Of a stretch of 64,000 nt of DNA, positions 41,298 to 48,372 are shown piece by piece (position 1 is the stretch's first letter; each line of letters opens with the position of its first letter). The position numbers and the translations under genes are program-made. A model generated the notes under the pieces. That model was given only the letters and a program-made list of their open reading frames with translations. It was not told the DNA's origin and made no database searches. Source of the stretch: a virus. Where the stretch lies: the IMG/VR virus record IMGVR_UViG_3300025520_000001, positions 1 to 64,000 of that record. One strand, given 5' to 3'.

Positions 41298-41323
41298 GTG
41301 TTCTAATACGTTCGGAAATGTAT

Positions 41324-41977
41324 TTAGATGTCCAGAACCACCGGAAGACCGGGGTTTGCGGAGCTGTTCCAATGGTGGATAGGACCGACAGAGCAGTTGT
41401 GTAGGTTGGTCTGCCCGTTATTAACAGTCCATGTTCCGGTATCTTCGTGGATGTGGCCGTAGAAGACGTGCTTTGGCTTCTTCTGCTCGAGAGCGCGAAG
41501 CAGTTCACTACATCCAACTCGTTCGCCATGTACTGTCAAGTCACCATAGCCCAAAGGCGGCCCATGGACCAACAATACATCTAAGTCGTTTGGAATCTTA
41601 TTCCAGTGAACATGTAAGTTTCCACGGTGGACGTTGAAAGCCCAGTCGTGGAACCACGGCTGCCAAGGCGACCCGTAGAACTTCTTGCCTTCAATTTCGC
41701 AGCCAGAGTCCATGAGATAAGTACAGCCGGCATCCTGCAGAGCCTTTACTGCCTCTGGTACCAGAGCTCCATACTTGCTGTCTTTGTCCAGACAGAAATC
41801 GTGGTTGCCGGCGATGATGACCTTGTGCTTGTGCGACTGTGTTTTCAACCAGGCTGCAACCTGTTTGATTTGTGTCAAAGTGCCACTGCCCGTAAGATCT
41901 CCTGCAACAACCAGCACGTCACCGTCAGGAACATGAACCTGCTGATTATGCACGTCTGCAATCGCTATGATACGCAT
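41324..41977 (-). CDS. calcineurin-like metallophosphoesterase
   Basis: 217 aa. IIAIADVHN, VVAGDLTGSG, IIAGNHD, LLVHGPP, FYGHIHE. Confidence 0.85.
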   Translation of the reverse strand: MRIIAIADVHNQQVHVPDGDVLVVAGDLTGSGTLTQIKQVAAWLKTQSHKHKVIIAGNHDFCLDKDSKYGALVPEAVKALQDAGCTYLMDSGCEIEGKKFYGSPWQPWFHDWAFNVHRGNLHVHWNKIPNDLDVLLVHGPPLGYGDLTVHGERVGCSELLRALEQKKPKHVFYGHIHEDTGTWTVNNGQTNLHNCSVGPIHHWNSSANPGLPVVLDI

Positions 41978-41980
41978 GTA

Positions 41981-42286
41981 TTAGTCCTCGTCGTAGAAAG
42001 GATCGTCGTCATTATCGTACGACTGTTCCTCTTCAGAGCTAGCGAGCCACAGCTCGTCGCTCAATTCCTTCACTTCCTCGCTCGTAAGCGGAATGTCTCT
42101 TTGCTTGAACCCATCGTAGTAGAGCGCGCGAACGGCATCTACGCCACCGCTGCTCGGCGGTTCATTCCAGCTCATCTTGGTAGGCGGGTCAACAAGGCCA
42201 AACACCTCGACGTTGATTTCAGTTTCAGAGATACCTTCGCCACGAGTAAGCGTGGTCACTCGACAAACAGTACGATTTCGGTCCAT
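41981..42286 (-). CDS. acidic hypothetical protein
   Basis: ORF track 101 aa; GAGGAGA RBS. Confidence 0.65.
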   Translation of the reverse strand: MDRNRTVCRVTTLTRGEGISETEINVEVFGLVDPPTKMSWNEPPSSGGVDAVRALYYDGFKQRDIPLTSEEVKELSDELWLASSEEEQSYDNDDDPFYDED

Positions 42287-42308
42287 GGTTGTCTCCTCTT
42301 GATATTTG

Positions 42309-42360
42309 TGGGCCCACCAGGATTCGAACCTGGAACGAACCAGTTATGAGCTATAGGCCC
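42309..42360 (-). pseudogene. truncated tRNA (52 nt; D-arm 3' half and anticodon-stem 5' strand missing)
   Basis: GGGCCTA-TA-GCTCATAA-CTGGT-TCGTT-CCAGGTTCGAATCCTGG-TGGGCCC-A. The D-stem GCTC runs straight into a CTCATAA anticodon loop. Confidence 0.5.
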
Positions 42361-42362
42361 AG

Positions 42363-42527
42363 TCAACCTTCGGTGCAGCTACAGCAATCCATGCCAACGT
42401 GTGAGCAATACTTGGGGCGTACGGTGTAGTCAACTGCGTACATCTTGGACGACAGAGGATATGCAGTGTAGAAGTACACTACAGGAACAGGCCGCTTCGT
42501 CTGGAACTTGTATTCGTGGCTGGCCAT
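42363..42527 (-). CDS. small Cys-containing ORF (54 aa)
   Basis: Hand-translated MASHEYKFQTKRPVPVVYFYTAYPLSSKMYAVDYTVRPKYCSHVGMDCCSCTEG. Lies between two tRNA-like elements. Confidence 0.3.
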   Translation of the reverse strand: MASHEYKFQTKRPVPVVYFYTAYPLSSKMYAVDYTVRPKYCSHVGMDCCSCTEG

Positions 42528-42544
42528 GACCAATGCTTTCTTTG

Positions 42545-42644
42545 TGGAGAAGCCGGGACTCGAACCCGGTTCAATCGCCGCTAACTATGCCGTAACCCAG
42601 CATTGCCCTTTCTGCGAGGCGATTACAGCGCTGGGAGCTTCCCC
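42545..42644 (-). ncRNA. 100-nt tRNA-like RNA with G3:U70 acceptor and non-tRNA core
   Basis: GGGGAAG...CCGGGTTCGAGTCCCGG-CTTCTCC-A. Acceptor and T-arm are canonical. The 59-nt core has a 7-bp stem AATCGCC/GGCGATT and a possible pseudoknot CCCAGC/GCTGGG. Confidence 0.45.
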
Positions 42645-42652
42645 ATTACTAC

Positions 42653-42985
42653 TTACTTCTCGAACGGCAGACCACAACCGTATTCCTTCTCCTTCAGCCT
42701 GGTCAGTGTGTTCTGCACGACTGTCTTGTCGACTGGTGACAACTTCTTTTCATCGAGCATTGCGATGTTGTAGCAGAGCCCACGCAGCCTCGCGATGACC
42801 TTGAGATATTTCCTCTCAGTCTTTGACTTCGCCTTCTTCTTGGACTTTTTATGAGTCTTCGCTTCACATTTGCTACACACTTTACCGCTATTGCCAATGA
42901 AATACTTGGTCCCGACTTGTTTGCTACACACCGAGCAGTAGGGTGCTTCCCAGCCCTTGGTGTCAAAAACAGTTACTTTAATCAA
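42653..42985 (-). CDS. zinc-ribbon, Lys-rich hypothetical protein
   Basis: 110 aa. CSVCSKQ...CSKCEAK. Confidence 0.65.
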   Translation of the reverse strand: MIKVTVFDTKGWEAPYCSVCSKQVGTKYFIGNSGKVCSKCEAKTHKKSKKKAKSKTERKYLKVIARLRGLCYNIAMLDEKKLSPVDKTVVQNTLTRLKEKEYGCGLPFEK

Positions 42986-42999
42986 GTGTTACTCCTTGT

Positions 43000-43347
43000 T
43001 TACCAAATCACCTTCTGCTTGTGGAACTTCTTGTAAGCCACCATGCAAAGCAGCATTACCACGCAGAAGCTGAGGAAGTCGAAGAGATTACGTGCTGGGG
43101 TCGCAGTCGTTAAAACCATGACCTTCATTGACAGCAGCCGCATTAGCAAGCCAACGGCGATTACAAGCACACAGAACATGCTCCAAGGAGGGAAGCTCTC
43201 CAGCGTCGCGAGCAGGGCAATTGCCGTCGCCACCACACTCTTTGACGAGCCAACAGGGACCTTCACCAAAGTAGGTACCGCAGACTGGACACTTCGACAT
43301 TTGCGTTCCTCCACGTAGTCTTGCCACCGAATTTGCCGGTTGCGCAT
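43000..43347 (-). CDS. membrane protein ORF (alternative frame, overlaps 43088..43300)
   Basis: ORF 43000..43353. ATG at 43347 lies 5 nt after TAGAAT of a CCGAAC box (leaderless-type). Three hydrophobic segments. Confidence 0.35.
   Translation of the reverse strand: MRNRQIRWQDYVEERKCRSVQSAVPTLVKVPVGSSKSVVATAIALLATLESFPPWSMFCVLVIAVGLLMRLLSMKVMVLTTATPARNLFDFLSFCVVMLLCMVAYKKFHKQKVIW
43088..43300 (-). CDS. Cys-rich small protein (70 aa)
   Basis: ATG at 43300 preceded by GGAGGA at 6 nt. MSKCPVCGTYFGEGPCWLVKECGGDGNCP... Confidence 0.5.
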   Translation of the reverse strand: MSKCPVCGTYFGEGPCWLVKECGGDGNCPARDAGELPSLEHVLCACNRRWLANAAAVNEGHGFNDCDPST

Positions 43348-43372
43348 GTGCAATTCTATGTTCGGAAACGTG

Positions 43373-43458
43373 TGGGAGTGATAGGGATCGAACCTATTTG
43401 TGGCCTAAGCCACGGCAGATTTACAGTCTGCTGCACCGACCTTTAGTGCGTCACTCCC
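43373..43458 (-). tRNA. tRNA-Tyr: tRNA-Tyr (anticodon GUA), type II
   Basis: GGGAGTG..GCAGA-CTGTAAA-TCTGC, long variable arm CGTGGCTTAGGCCACAA, ATAGGTTCGATCCCTAT-CACTCCC-A. Confidence 0.92.
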
Positions 43459-43462
43459 GGAA

Positions 43463-43600
43463 TTACTTGCCGCAGTGCTTGACTAGCTTTCCTGAGAGCC
43501 TACACGTCATCACCGCACTGGACCCGTAGCGCTCAGTAAGCACTACAGGTTGGTTGCAACACATCTTGGGAAAGACTATCACTTCAACTTTATCGCCCAT
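43463..43600 (-). CDS. small Cys-containing ORF (45 aa)
   Basis: Hand-translated MGDKVEVIVFPKMCCNQPVVLTERYGSSAVMTCRLSGKLVKHCGK. Stop lies 4 nt from the tRNA-Tyr 5' end. Confidence 0.35.
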   Translation of the reverse strand: MGDKVEVIVFPKMCCNQPVVLTERYGSSAVMTCRLSGKLVKHCGK

Positions 43601-43602
43601 AG

Positions 43603-43893
43603 CTAATAGTTGTTGTAGCTATTTTCGCTGAAGTTTACCAACTTGCCTTCAGCATCGAACTCTACGTACTTCGTGTGGAGATCCATACCGTGGCCGAACT
43701 CGATACGCTCATTCTCTACACGCTTGCTGTTAACGACCTGTCGGCCATTGACAGTCTTGGTCTCGACTGTTTCAGTGTATGGTCGAACCACGTTTACGAA
43801 GCACTCGCCAGTGTAGCGACGCTGGAGAACGGCCATAATCAGCTCACGATCTGTATACTGCGAAAACTTGTTCTTGCTCATGTTATTCACCAT
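43603..43893 (-). CDS. hypothetical protein
   Basis: ORF track 96 aa. Confidence 0.65.
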   Translation of the reverse strand: MVNNMSKNKFSQYTDRELIMAVLQRRYTGECFVNVVRPYTETVETKTVNGRQVVNSKRVENERIEFGHGMDLHTKYVEFDAEGKLVNFSENSYNNY

Positions 43894-44114
43894 GTATTAT
43901 CGGGTAACTCATCCACTAACTGCTTAATTTTACCTACACGACTGGGCTCTTCGCCTTCAGAATAGCTATTAAAGGGGTTGTAAGGATTATCCTTAGGGTC
44001 TTGGTGGCGGTGCGTATGATACAGCAAGGCATCTGTGACTAATTCGAGCTTGCGCTCCAACTCTGCTACACGTGCTTCCAACTCTGCCGTATTACTCATC
44101 TGACCACCCAACAA
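43887..44114 (-). CDS. hypothetical protein
   Basis: ORF track 75 aa. Confidence 0.6.
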   Translation of the reverse strand: MLGGQMSNTAELEARVAELERKLELVTDALLYHTHRHQDPKDNPYNPFNSYSEGEEPSRVGKIKQLVDELPDNTW

Positions 44115-44358
44115 AGATATTCAGCTTTCCTACTCCCCATGCTAAGGTTTGCACCTTGCCGCCCAAACCTTCTGCACCAGAAGTGATACGGCGTTCCATG
44201 GGAACGCCAGCAGCCTTCAGCACATCGCTGGCTGCTTGCTTGCCGTGGACCTTATGCACTTCCCAGGCTTTCTCTGCTACCTCTTGGCTCACTGGAAAAC
44301 CCGCTTTAGCACAGTCCGCTACTATCTCTGCAACTTGAATCTCGTCTGGCGAACTCAT
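44092..44358 (-). CDS. hypothetical protein
   Basis: ATG at 44358 with AGGAG upstream. The longer ORF 44092..44484 reads through tRNA-Leu. Confidence 0.6.
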   Translation of the reverse strand: MSSPDEIQVAEIVADCAKAGFPVSQEVAEKAWEVHKVHGKQAASDVLKAAGVPMERRITSGAEGLGGKVQTLAWGVGKLNIFVGWSDE

Positions 44359-44369
44359 AATTACTCCTG

Positions 44370-44453
44370 TACACCGAGAGGGACTCGAACCCTCACAGAC
44401 CGAAGTCCCGCGGATTTTAAGTCCGCTGCGTCTACCGATTCCGCCATCAGTGC
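44370..44453 (-). tRNA. tRNA-Leu: tRNA-Leu (anticodon UAA), type II
   Basis: GCACTGA..GCGGAATCGGTAGACGC-A-GCGGA-CTTAAAA-TCCGC, long variable arm, GAGGGTTCGAGTCCCTC-TCGGTGT-A. Confidence 0.9.
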
Positions 44454-44459
44454 GTTGGC

Positions 44460-44651
44460 TTAAATATCCCGAGCGATCCCGCAAAGATCACGGATATCGT
44501 GGGTGGACATACCGATCTTCTCGATGGCGACGCCTTGGACCTTCTTCTTGCGCTTGTTACTCTTGGCAACACCAGGATTGCCAGTGAACTGGTTGGCGGG
44601 CTTGTTGGTGAGCGACATGACGGCCAGAAGCTTCAGAATTTCTTCGTGCAC
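44460..44651 (-). CDS. hypothetical protein
   Basis: ORF track 63 aa. Confidence 0.55.
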   Translation of the reverse strand: MHEEILKLLAVMSLTNKPANQFTGNPGVAKSNKRKKKVQGVAIEKIGMSTHDIRDLCGIARDI

Positions 44652-44661
44652 GGTATTTCCT

Positions 44662-45033
44662 TTAGCAGCCGGCTCGACGCTCAGCAGCGCACTCCATATG
44701 GTACTGTCGTTCGTCTTCCTGCAAATCTTGATATCGCTTCAACAGTTCCTCGTACTTCCCAGTGCAGGCTTCCACATCGAGGACCTGCGTGACCCGCAGC
44801 CCCTTGCACTCTTCGCAGCGAACGTCGTAGCAGCCACCACGCTTGAAGTACTCATCCTTCTCTTCATCGGTGGAGAAGCTCTCCTCGAACTCTTCCATGG
44901 AGTAAGCGTGCCCGCCGATGCTGGGAGCAAGGTGCGTGCCATGGCCTTCGCAACGGTCACACACAGCCATCTTGGACGGAAGTTCGTGCTCCGTCTCGTT
45001 GCCGTCATCGTCCATCGTAGTGAACTTGATCAT
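44662..45033 (-). CDS. Cys-rich (DnaJ CR-like) hypothetical protein
   Basis: ATG at 45033 (MIKFTTMDDDGNETEHELPSKMAVCDRCEGHGTH...CEECKG...) in ORF 44662..45207. Confidence 0.65.
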   Translation of the reverse strand: MIKFTTMDDDGNETEHELPSKMAVCDRCEGHGTHLAPSIGGHAYSMEEFEESFSTDEEKDEYFKRGGCYDVRCEECKGLRVTQVLDVEACTGKYEELLKRYQDLQEDERQYHMECAAERRAGC

Positions 45034-45041
45034 GACTTTTC

Positions 45042-45182
45042 TCAGAGCGAAACGGCGTACTTGTAGAGAAGGAAGAGAATGAAGGCGGGAATGGCGAACC
45101 GGATTACCATGTACATCAGCGATGCAAGCCCCAGTGCAAGCTTGAGGAAGCAGATTGAGAGATTTTCCAAGAACTTGATCAT
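45042..45182 (-). CDS. small membrane peptide (46 aa)
   Basis: Hand-translated MIKFLENLSICFLKLALGLASLMYMVIRFAIPAFILFLLYKYAVSL. Confidence 0.4.
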   Translation of the reverse strand: MIKFLENLSICFLKLALGLASLMYMVIRFAIPAFILFLLYKYAVSL

Positions 45183-45188
45183 TGTAGA

Positions 45189-45389
45189 TTACCGGGTGAA
45201 CCGCCAATAAGACGGGTTGGGGTTGAGCTCTAACGCAGTAAAGACTGCGTTCGCGCAGGTCTTCGGGCTCATGGTGCGAAGAACCTCATCGAGCACCACC
45301 TGCTGAACAAGCGGATGCTGATGCTGACGCAGAAAACCAACAACGCCGCGAAGAAGAGTGATGCGCTTCATGTGTATCTCCTTGTGCAA
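45189..45389 (-). CDS. hypothetical protein
   Basis: ORF track 66 aa. Confidence 0.5.
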   Translation of the reverse strand: MHKEIHMKRITLLRGVVGFLRQHQHPLVQQVVLDEVLRTMSPKTCANAVFTALELNPNPSYWRFTR

Positions 45390-45408
45390 GGATATGCGTT
45401 CGGAAATG

Positions 45409-45603
45409 TTACCAGTTGTTGGTAAGCCAATCTCGAAGCAGATACAGGCGCCAGTCTTCGTAGAAGGTATCTGCGTCAGTGCCAGTTACTTTGGTATACA
45501 GGTCGGCTCGCTGAGCGTATAACTCATTCATAAACAACTGCCCCATTCTCTGGTGCTTCTGCTGCTTAAATTTCTGCAGGGTTTGCTGCCAAAACTCTTC
45601 CAT
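45409..45603 (-). CDS. hypothetical protein
   Basis: ORF track 64 aa. Confidence 0.55.
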   Translation of the reverse strand: MEEFWQQTLQKFKQQKHQRMGQLFMNELYAQRADLYTKVTGTDADTFYEDWRLYLLRDWLTNNW

Positions 45604-45614
45604 AGTGACCTTAG

Positions 45615-45821
45615 TTACTGCTTGACGCAGGAGATGCCGTATCCACTGTAGATGTAGCAGATCACCCCAGCATCAGCGTCGACGTACTTAGCTACAGAAC
45701 TGCTGCGGAAACGGTCCACTTCAACGATGTTGCTAACCTGCTCCGAAGGCTGTACTGTCGCGGCCGATCCACAGGCGATCGGCAGGATAAACGCAGCAAT
45801 CAAGATGAAGTAAATTCGCAT
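45615..45821 (-). CDS. small lipoprotein
   Basis: ATG at 45821. MRIYFILIAAFILPIACGSAA contains a lipobox. Confidence 0.55.
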   Translation of the reverse strand: MRIYFILIAAFILPIACGSAATVQPSEQVSNIVEVDRFRSSSVAKYVDADAGVICYIYSGYGISCVKQ

Positions 45822-45832
45822 GTTTTCTCCAG

Positions 45833-46039
45833 TTATCGAGTTACACAGCGCTGGCACTCGTGCAAGGGGACATACCGCCACTTCTTGCAAACCCTATAGT
45901 TCGTGTACATCTCGATACACTCAGTGTAGTCGCCGCACTGATTGGTTTCCCACTTCTTGCAGGGCTGCCGCGAGTACCAGATACCAGCAGCCGACAAACA
46001 GATAAGCACTATAATACCAAAAGTAATCCAGGCGCGCAT
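45833..46039 (-). CDS. small TM plus Cys-rich protein
   Basis: ATG at 46039. MRAWITFGIIVLICLSAAGIWYSRQPCKKWETNQCGDYTEC... Confidence 0.5.
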   Translation of the reverse strand: MRAWITFGIIVLICLSAAGIWYSRQPCKKWETNQCGDYTECIEMYTNYRVCKKWRYVPLHECQRCVTR

Positions 46040-46040
46040 A

Positions 46041-46334
46041 TTAGTACAAGTTCTCCGAGTACAGAGTTCCGCCATTGGCCGAGTCTCCGCCGCAGCGACG
46101 GTGAATCTGATTGTTCTTCTCAGCGACCTGCCAAGCTTCAGTCCGCGTGTAGAACTTACCGAACTGGTCGATGAAACCTTGCTCTGCACAGCGCCAGCGA
46201 TTGGAATCACTGTCTTTAAGGTTCATGATGGTCTCACGCATGGTCTTGTCCATGTGACGAGGTCCTACTACAACCTGGCCGTCTTCGTCTCTGATAGCTG
46301 CGCAGACGATTCGTGGTTCAGCAAGGTTGCTCAC
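46041..46334 (-). CDS. hypothetical protein
   Basis: GTG at 46334 overlaps the upstream TGA. VSNLAEPRIVCAAIRDEDGQVVVGPRHMD...GFIDQFGKFYTRTEAW... Confidence 0.5.
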   Translation of the reverse strand: MSNLAEPRIVCAAIRDEDGQVVVGPRHMDKTMRETIMNLKDSDSNRWRCAEQGFIDQFGKFYTRTEAWQVAEKNNQIHRRCGGDSANGGTLYSENLY

Positions 46335-46549
46335 GACTTCTTTTCCTTGGCTAGTCGGATCTGGTTCTTCTTCTGCCACTCGAAAGCGCACATCAAAATT
46401 GAGTGCATCGAGGTGTGCAGACCTTTGCTGCCGCCCATGATGAAGGCCTCTGCACCCAACGTGGTACACCACTGCCGGAACTTGTTAAAGTCCCAGTCAG
46501 TTGCATCATCGCTATTATTGTTTGGCCACTCGGGTTTCTTTTCTGTCAT
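46331..46549 (-). CDS. hypothetical protein
   Basis: ORF track 72 aa. Confidence 0.55.
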   Translation of the reverse strand: MTEKKPEWPNNNSDDATDWDFNKFRQWCTTLGAEAFIMGGSKGLHTSMHSILMCAFEWQKKNQIRLAKEKKS

Positions 46550-46551
46550 TG

Positions 46552-46761
46552 TCAGACCTCGTCAAAGAGCAGGACCTGCTTCTGGTCCAGCGTAAGGGTT
46601 TTACCCTTAGTAAGATTACTGCCGCACATCATCCGCTGTGTGCGATGGTGGACCCAATATGCATCCCAGGCCGTCAAGCGCTTTCTGTGCCACCACAGGA
46701 AAAGTTTTAGAAGAACGACTGATCGCAGTCGCTTCACGCATTTAAGCGGCTCTAACCTCAT
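46552..46761 (-). CDS. hypothetical protein
   Basis: ORF track 69 aa. Confidence 0.5.
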   Translation of the reverse strand: MRLEPLKCVKRLRSVVLLKLFLWWHRKRLTAWDAYWVHHRTQRMMCGSNLTKGKTLTLDQKQVLLFDEV

Positions 46762-46994
46762 GAGAGCTTTTTAAAGTTATTGTAGTCGCACTCGAGAAGA
46801 GTGTTGCCATCACTGTCGATGACATCTAGACCACGCTCTCCAACGGCGATCACTGTAAACTGGTGACCAGCAGTGAAAGTACCCTTGATCACCTTGACAT
46901 CGTTCCAGAGTTGGACTTTGTCGCCCTTGCCAATAGTTGCAGGAATGAACACAATTGCTCCTTTGCTAGAATTAATCGGTGGGGCAGCGGCCAT
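46758..46994 (-). CDS. hypothetical protein
   Basis: ORF track 78 aa. Confidence 0.6.
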   Translation of the reverse strand: MAAAPPINSSKGAIVFIPATIGKGDKVQLWNDVKVIKGTFTAGHQFTVIAVGERGLDVIDSDGNTLLECDYNNFKKLS

Positions 46995-47123
46995 TCCCGC
47001 CTCAGTGTGCGTTCACAATATTCACACACGTTCTTTTCTGGACTTTCGTCCAGTTTTTTGGGGAGATACCCTCAGCACGTACTTGACCGGTACTTTCGGT
47101 GCCTACTCTTTCTCCAACCCCAG

Positions 47124-47196
47124 TGAGACCGGTGGGGATCGAACCCACACTCCTCGGCTTAAAAGGCCGGTGCTTTACCAATTAAGCTACGGTCTC
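47124..47196 (-). tRNA. tRNA-Lys: tRNA-Lys (anticodon UUU)
   Basis: GAGACCG-TA-GCTTAATTGGTAAAGC-A-CCGGC-CTTTTAA-GCCGA-GGAGT-GTGGGTTCGATCCCCAC-CGGTCTC-A. Confidence 0.92.
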
Positions 47197-47610
47197 AAAA
47201 ATCTTTTAAGATTGTTTCTGCCAAAAAGTCTTCCGCAAGGTTCACACCTTCAGTCTGATTATTCTTAGGCTTCTCAATTCTCAGAGTCAACCCTCCGTCA
47301 TACTTATCGATGAAAGATGACTTCACTAGATAAAGTTTATCGCTACTCAGATCAAGAACTGAAAAGTAATCTAGATCGCTGCTACTGTATTTGTGCCTGT
47401 ATCCTGGACCGGACTTCCAAAAGGGTAAGCGGATCGTCCCGTTGTTAGGCGAAAAGCCTTACACTGCACCTTATATAGTTTGCCGTCTTTCTCGACGATT
47501 AAGTCTATAGGAGACAAATCACCTACTTCCTTAAAGATAGCAAAACCGTTCTTTGCGAAGAACAAGGAAGCTGATAGCAGTCCTATATCCCCTTTAGTTT
47601 TAGAATGCAT
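47195..47610 (-). pseudogene. PD-(D/E)XK (PDDEXK_5-like) endonuclease gene interrupted by a 1-nt frameshift
   Basis: Frame A: MHSKTKGDIGLLSASLFFAKNGFAIFKEVGDLSPIDLIVEKDGKLYKVQCKAF... Frame B from about 47455: SPNNGTIRLPFWKSGPGYRHKYSSSDLDYFSVLDLSSDKLYLVK...ILKDF. The junction is the run aaaa at 47452-47455. Confidence 0.65.
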
Positions 47611-47659
47611 TAAACTATTGCACCTTCAGAAAATCTACCAGCTGAGCCACTATCTCGAC

Positions 47660-47866
47660 TTACTTAAGTACGTACCACAGGTTAAAGTGAGAAATGTTAT
47701 GAAGCTTAAATAAGCCCATCACTTGCAGTATGTAGTGCTTTAGACGCTTCCCCTCTTCTACTGCCTGCTGGTGAAGCTTATTATTTTGCTTTTCTACTTC
47801 TTGCTCTTGTTTCCGCTTTTTATGCTTCTGCTGATGTTTCCGAATACGCGGCTCTCGCTGGCCCAT
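47660..47866 (-). CDS. Lys-rich small protein with LxL-type C-terminal helix
   Basis: ORF track 68 aa. HYILQVMGLFKLHNISHFNLW. Confidence 0.5.
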   Translation of the reverse strand: MGQREPRIRKHQQKHKKRKQEQEVEKQNNKLHQQAVEEGKRLKHYILQVMGLFKLHNISHFNLWYVLK

Positions 47867-48202
47867 CTATCGCCTTGTAGCTTTCGTCTTAAGCTTTCGC
47901 TTCTCTACGTTGGAGGCAATGTAGAACAACGTTACTTGCCACAACTTGATTGGTTTCTTCCACGACTTGTATTGCAGATTCCACTTAAAATCAATCGTCT
48001 CGATGAGGTGAGCTCCTCGAAAGGAAACTGCCTGACGCTCATCCAGCCACTTCATCAGAAGTCCCCTGAAGACGGACTCTGGCATTCTTTGCCCTTCATT
48101 GTCCGAGTTCGCGTAAATCTCAATTTGCTTCCTACGGTTTCCAAAAATGTACAACCTTTCTGGATTCGACAGTGCTCGAATGTAGCTCATATATCGCCCC
48201 AC
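47867..48202 (-). CDS. hypothetical protein
   Basis: ORF track 111 aa. Confidence 0.65.
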   Translation of the reverse strand: MGRYMSYIRALSNPERLYIFGNRRKQIEIYANSDNEGQRMPESVFRGLLMKWLDERQAVSFRGAHLIETIDFKWNLQYKSWKKPIKLWQVTLFYIASNVEKRKLKTKATRR

Positions 48203-48372
48203 GGCTTAAAAGGGTAGCCGACCCGGTCACGATTCCAGCTAACTATTAGTCCTTCTTGCAGGAAGGTTTCTCGTCGTTGGTGGGCAGGACCTGCAAGTCC
48301 ATCCCAATCGGCCATAAAAGTCCTGTGCTTGGCGTTCACAGGTAAACACTCGAGCCGTTTTACATGCGTCAC
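48187..48372 (-). CDS. hypothetical protein
   Basis: ORF track 61 aa, GTG start. Confidence 0.45.
   Translation of the reverse strand: MTHVKRLECLPVNAKHRTFMADWDGLAGPAHQRRETFLQEGLIVSWNRDRVGYPFKPWGDI

Noticed and set aside
42545-42644. Reading the 100-nt tRNA-like RNA as a complete mini-tmRNA with tag ORF GCA GAA AGG GCA ATG CTG GGT TAC GGC ATA GTT AGC GGC GAT TGA (AERAMLGYGIVSGD*).
   Set aside because: It is far too short for a tmRNA with its usual pseudoknots. The putative tag lacks the hydrophobic (A)LAA-type C-terminus, and its stop lies inside the closing helix. Kept only as a tRNA-like RNA of unknown role.
42309-42644. Truncated tRNA as a sign of a prophage att site or integration scar.
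   Set aside because: There is no integrase, excisionase or recombination directionality gene in 64 kb. The fragment contains both tRNA ends (an internal deletion) rather than a 3' half duplicated at a junction.
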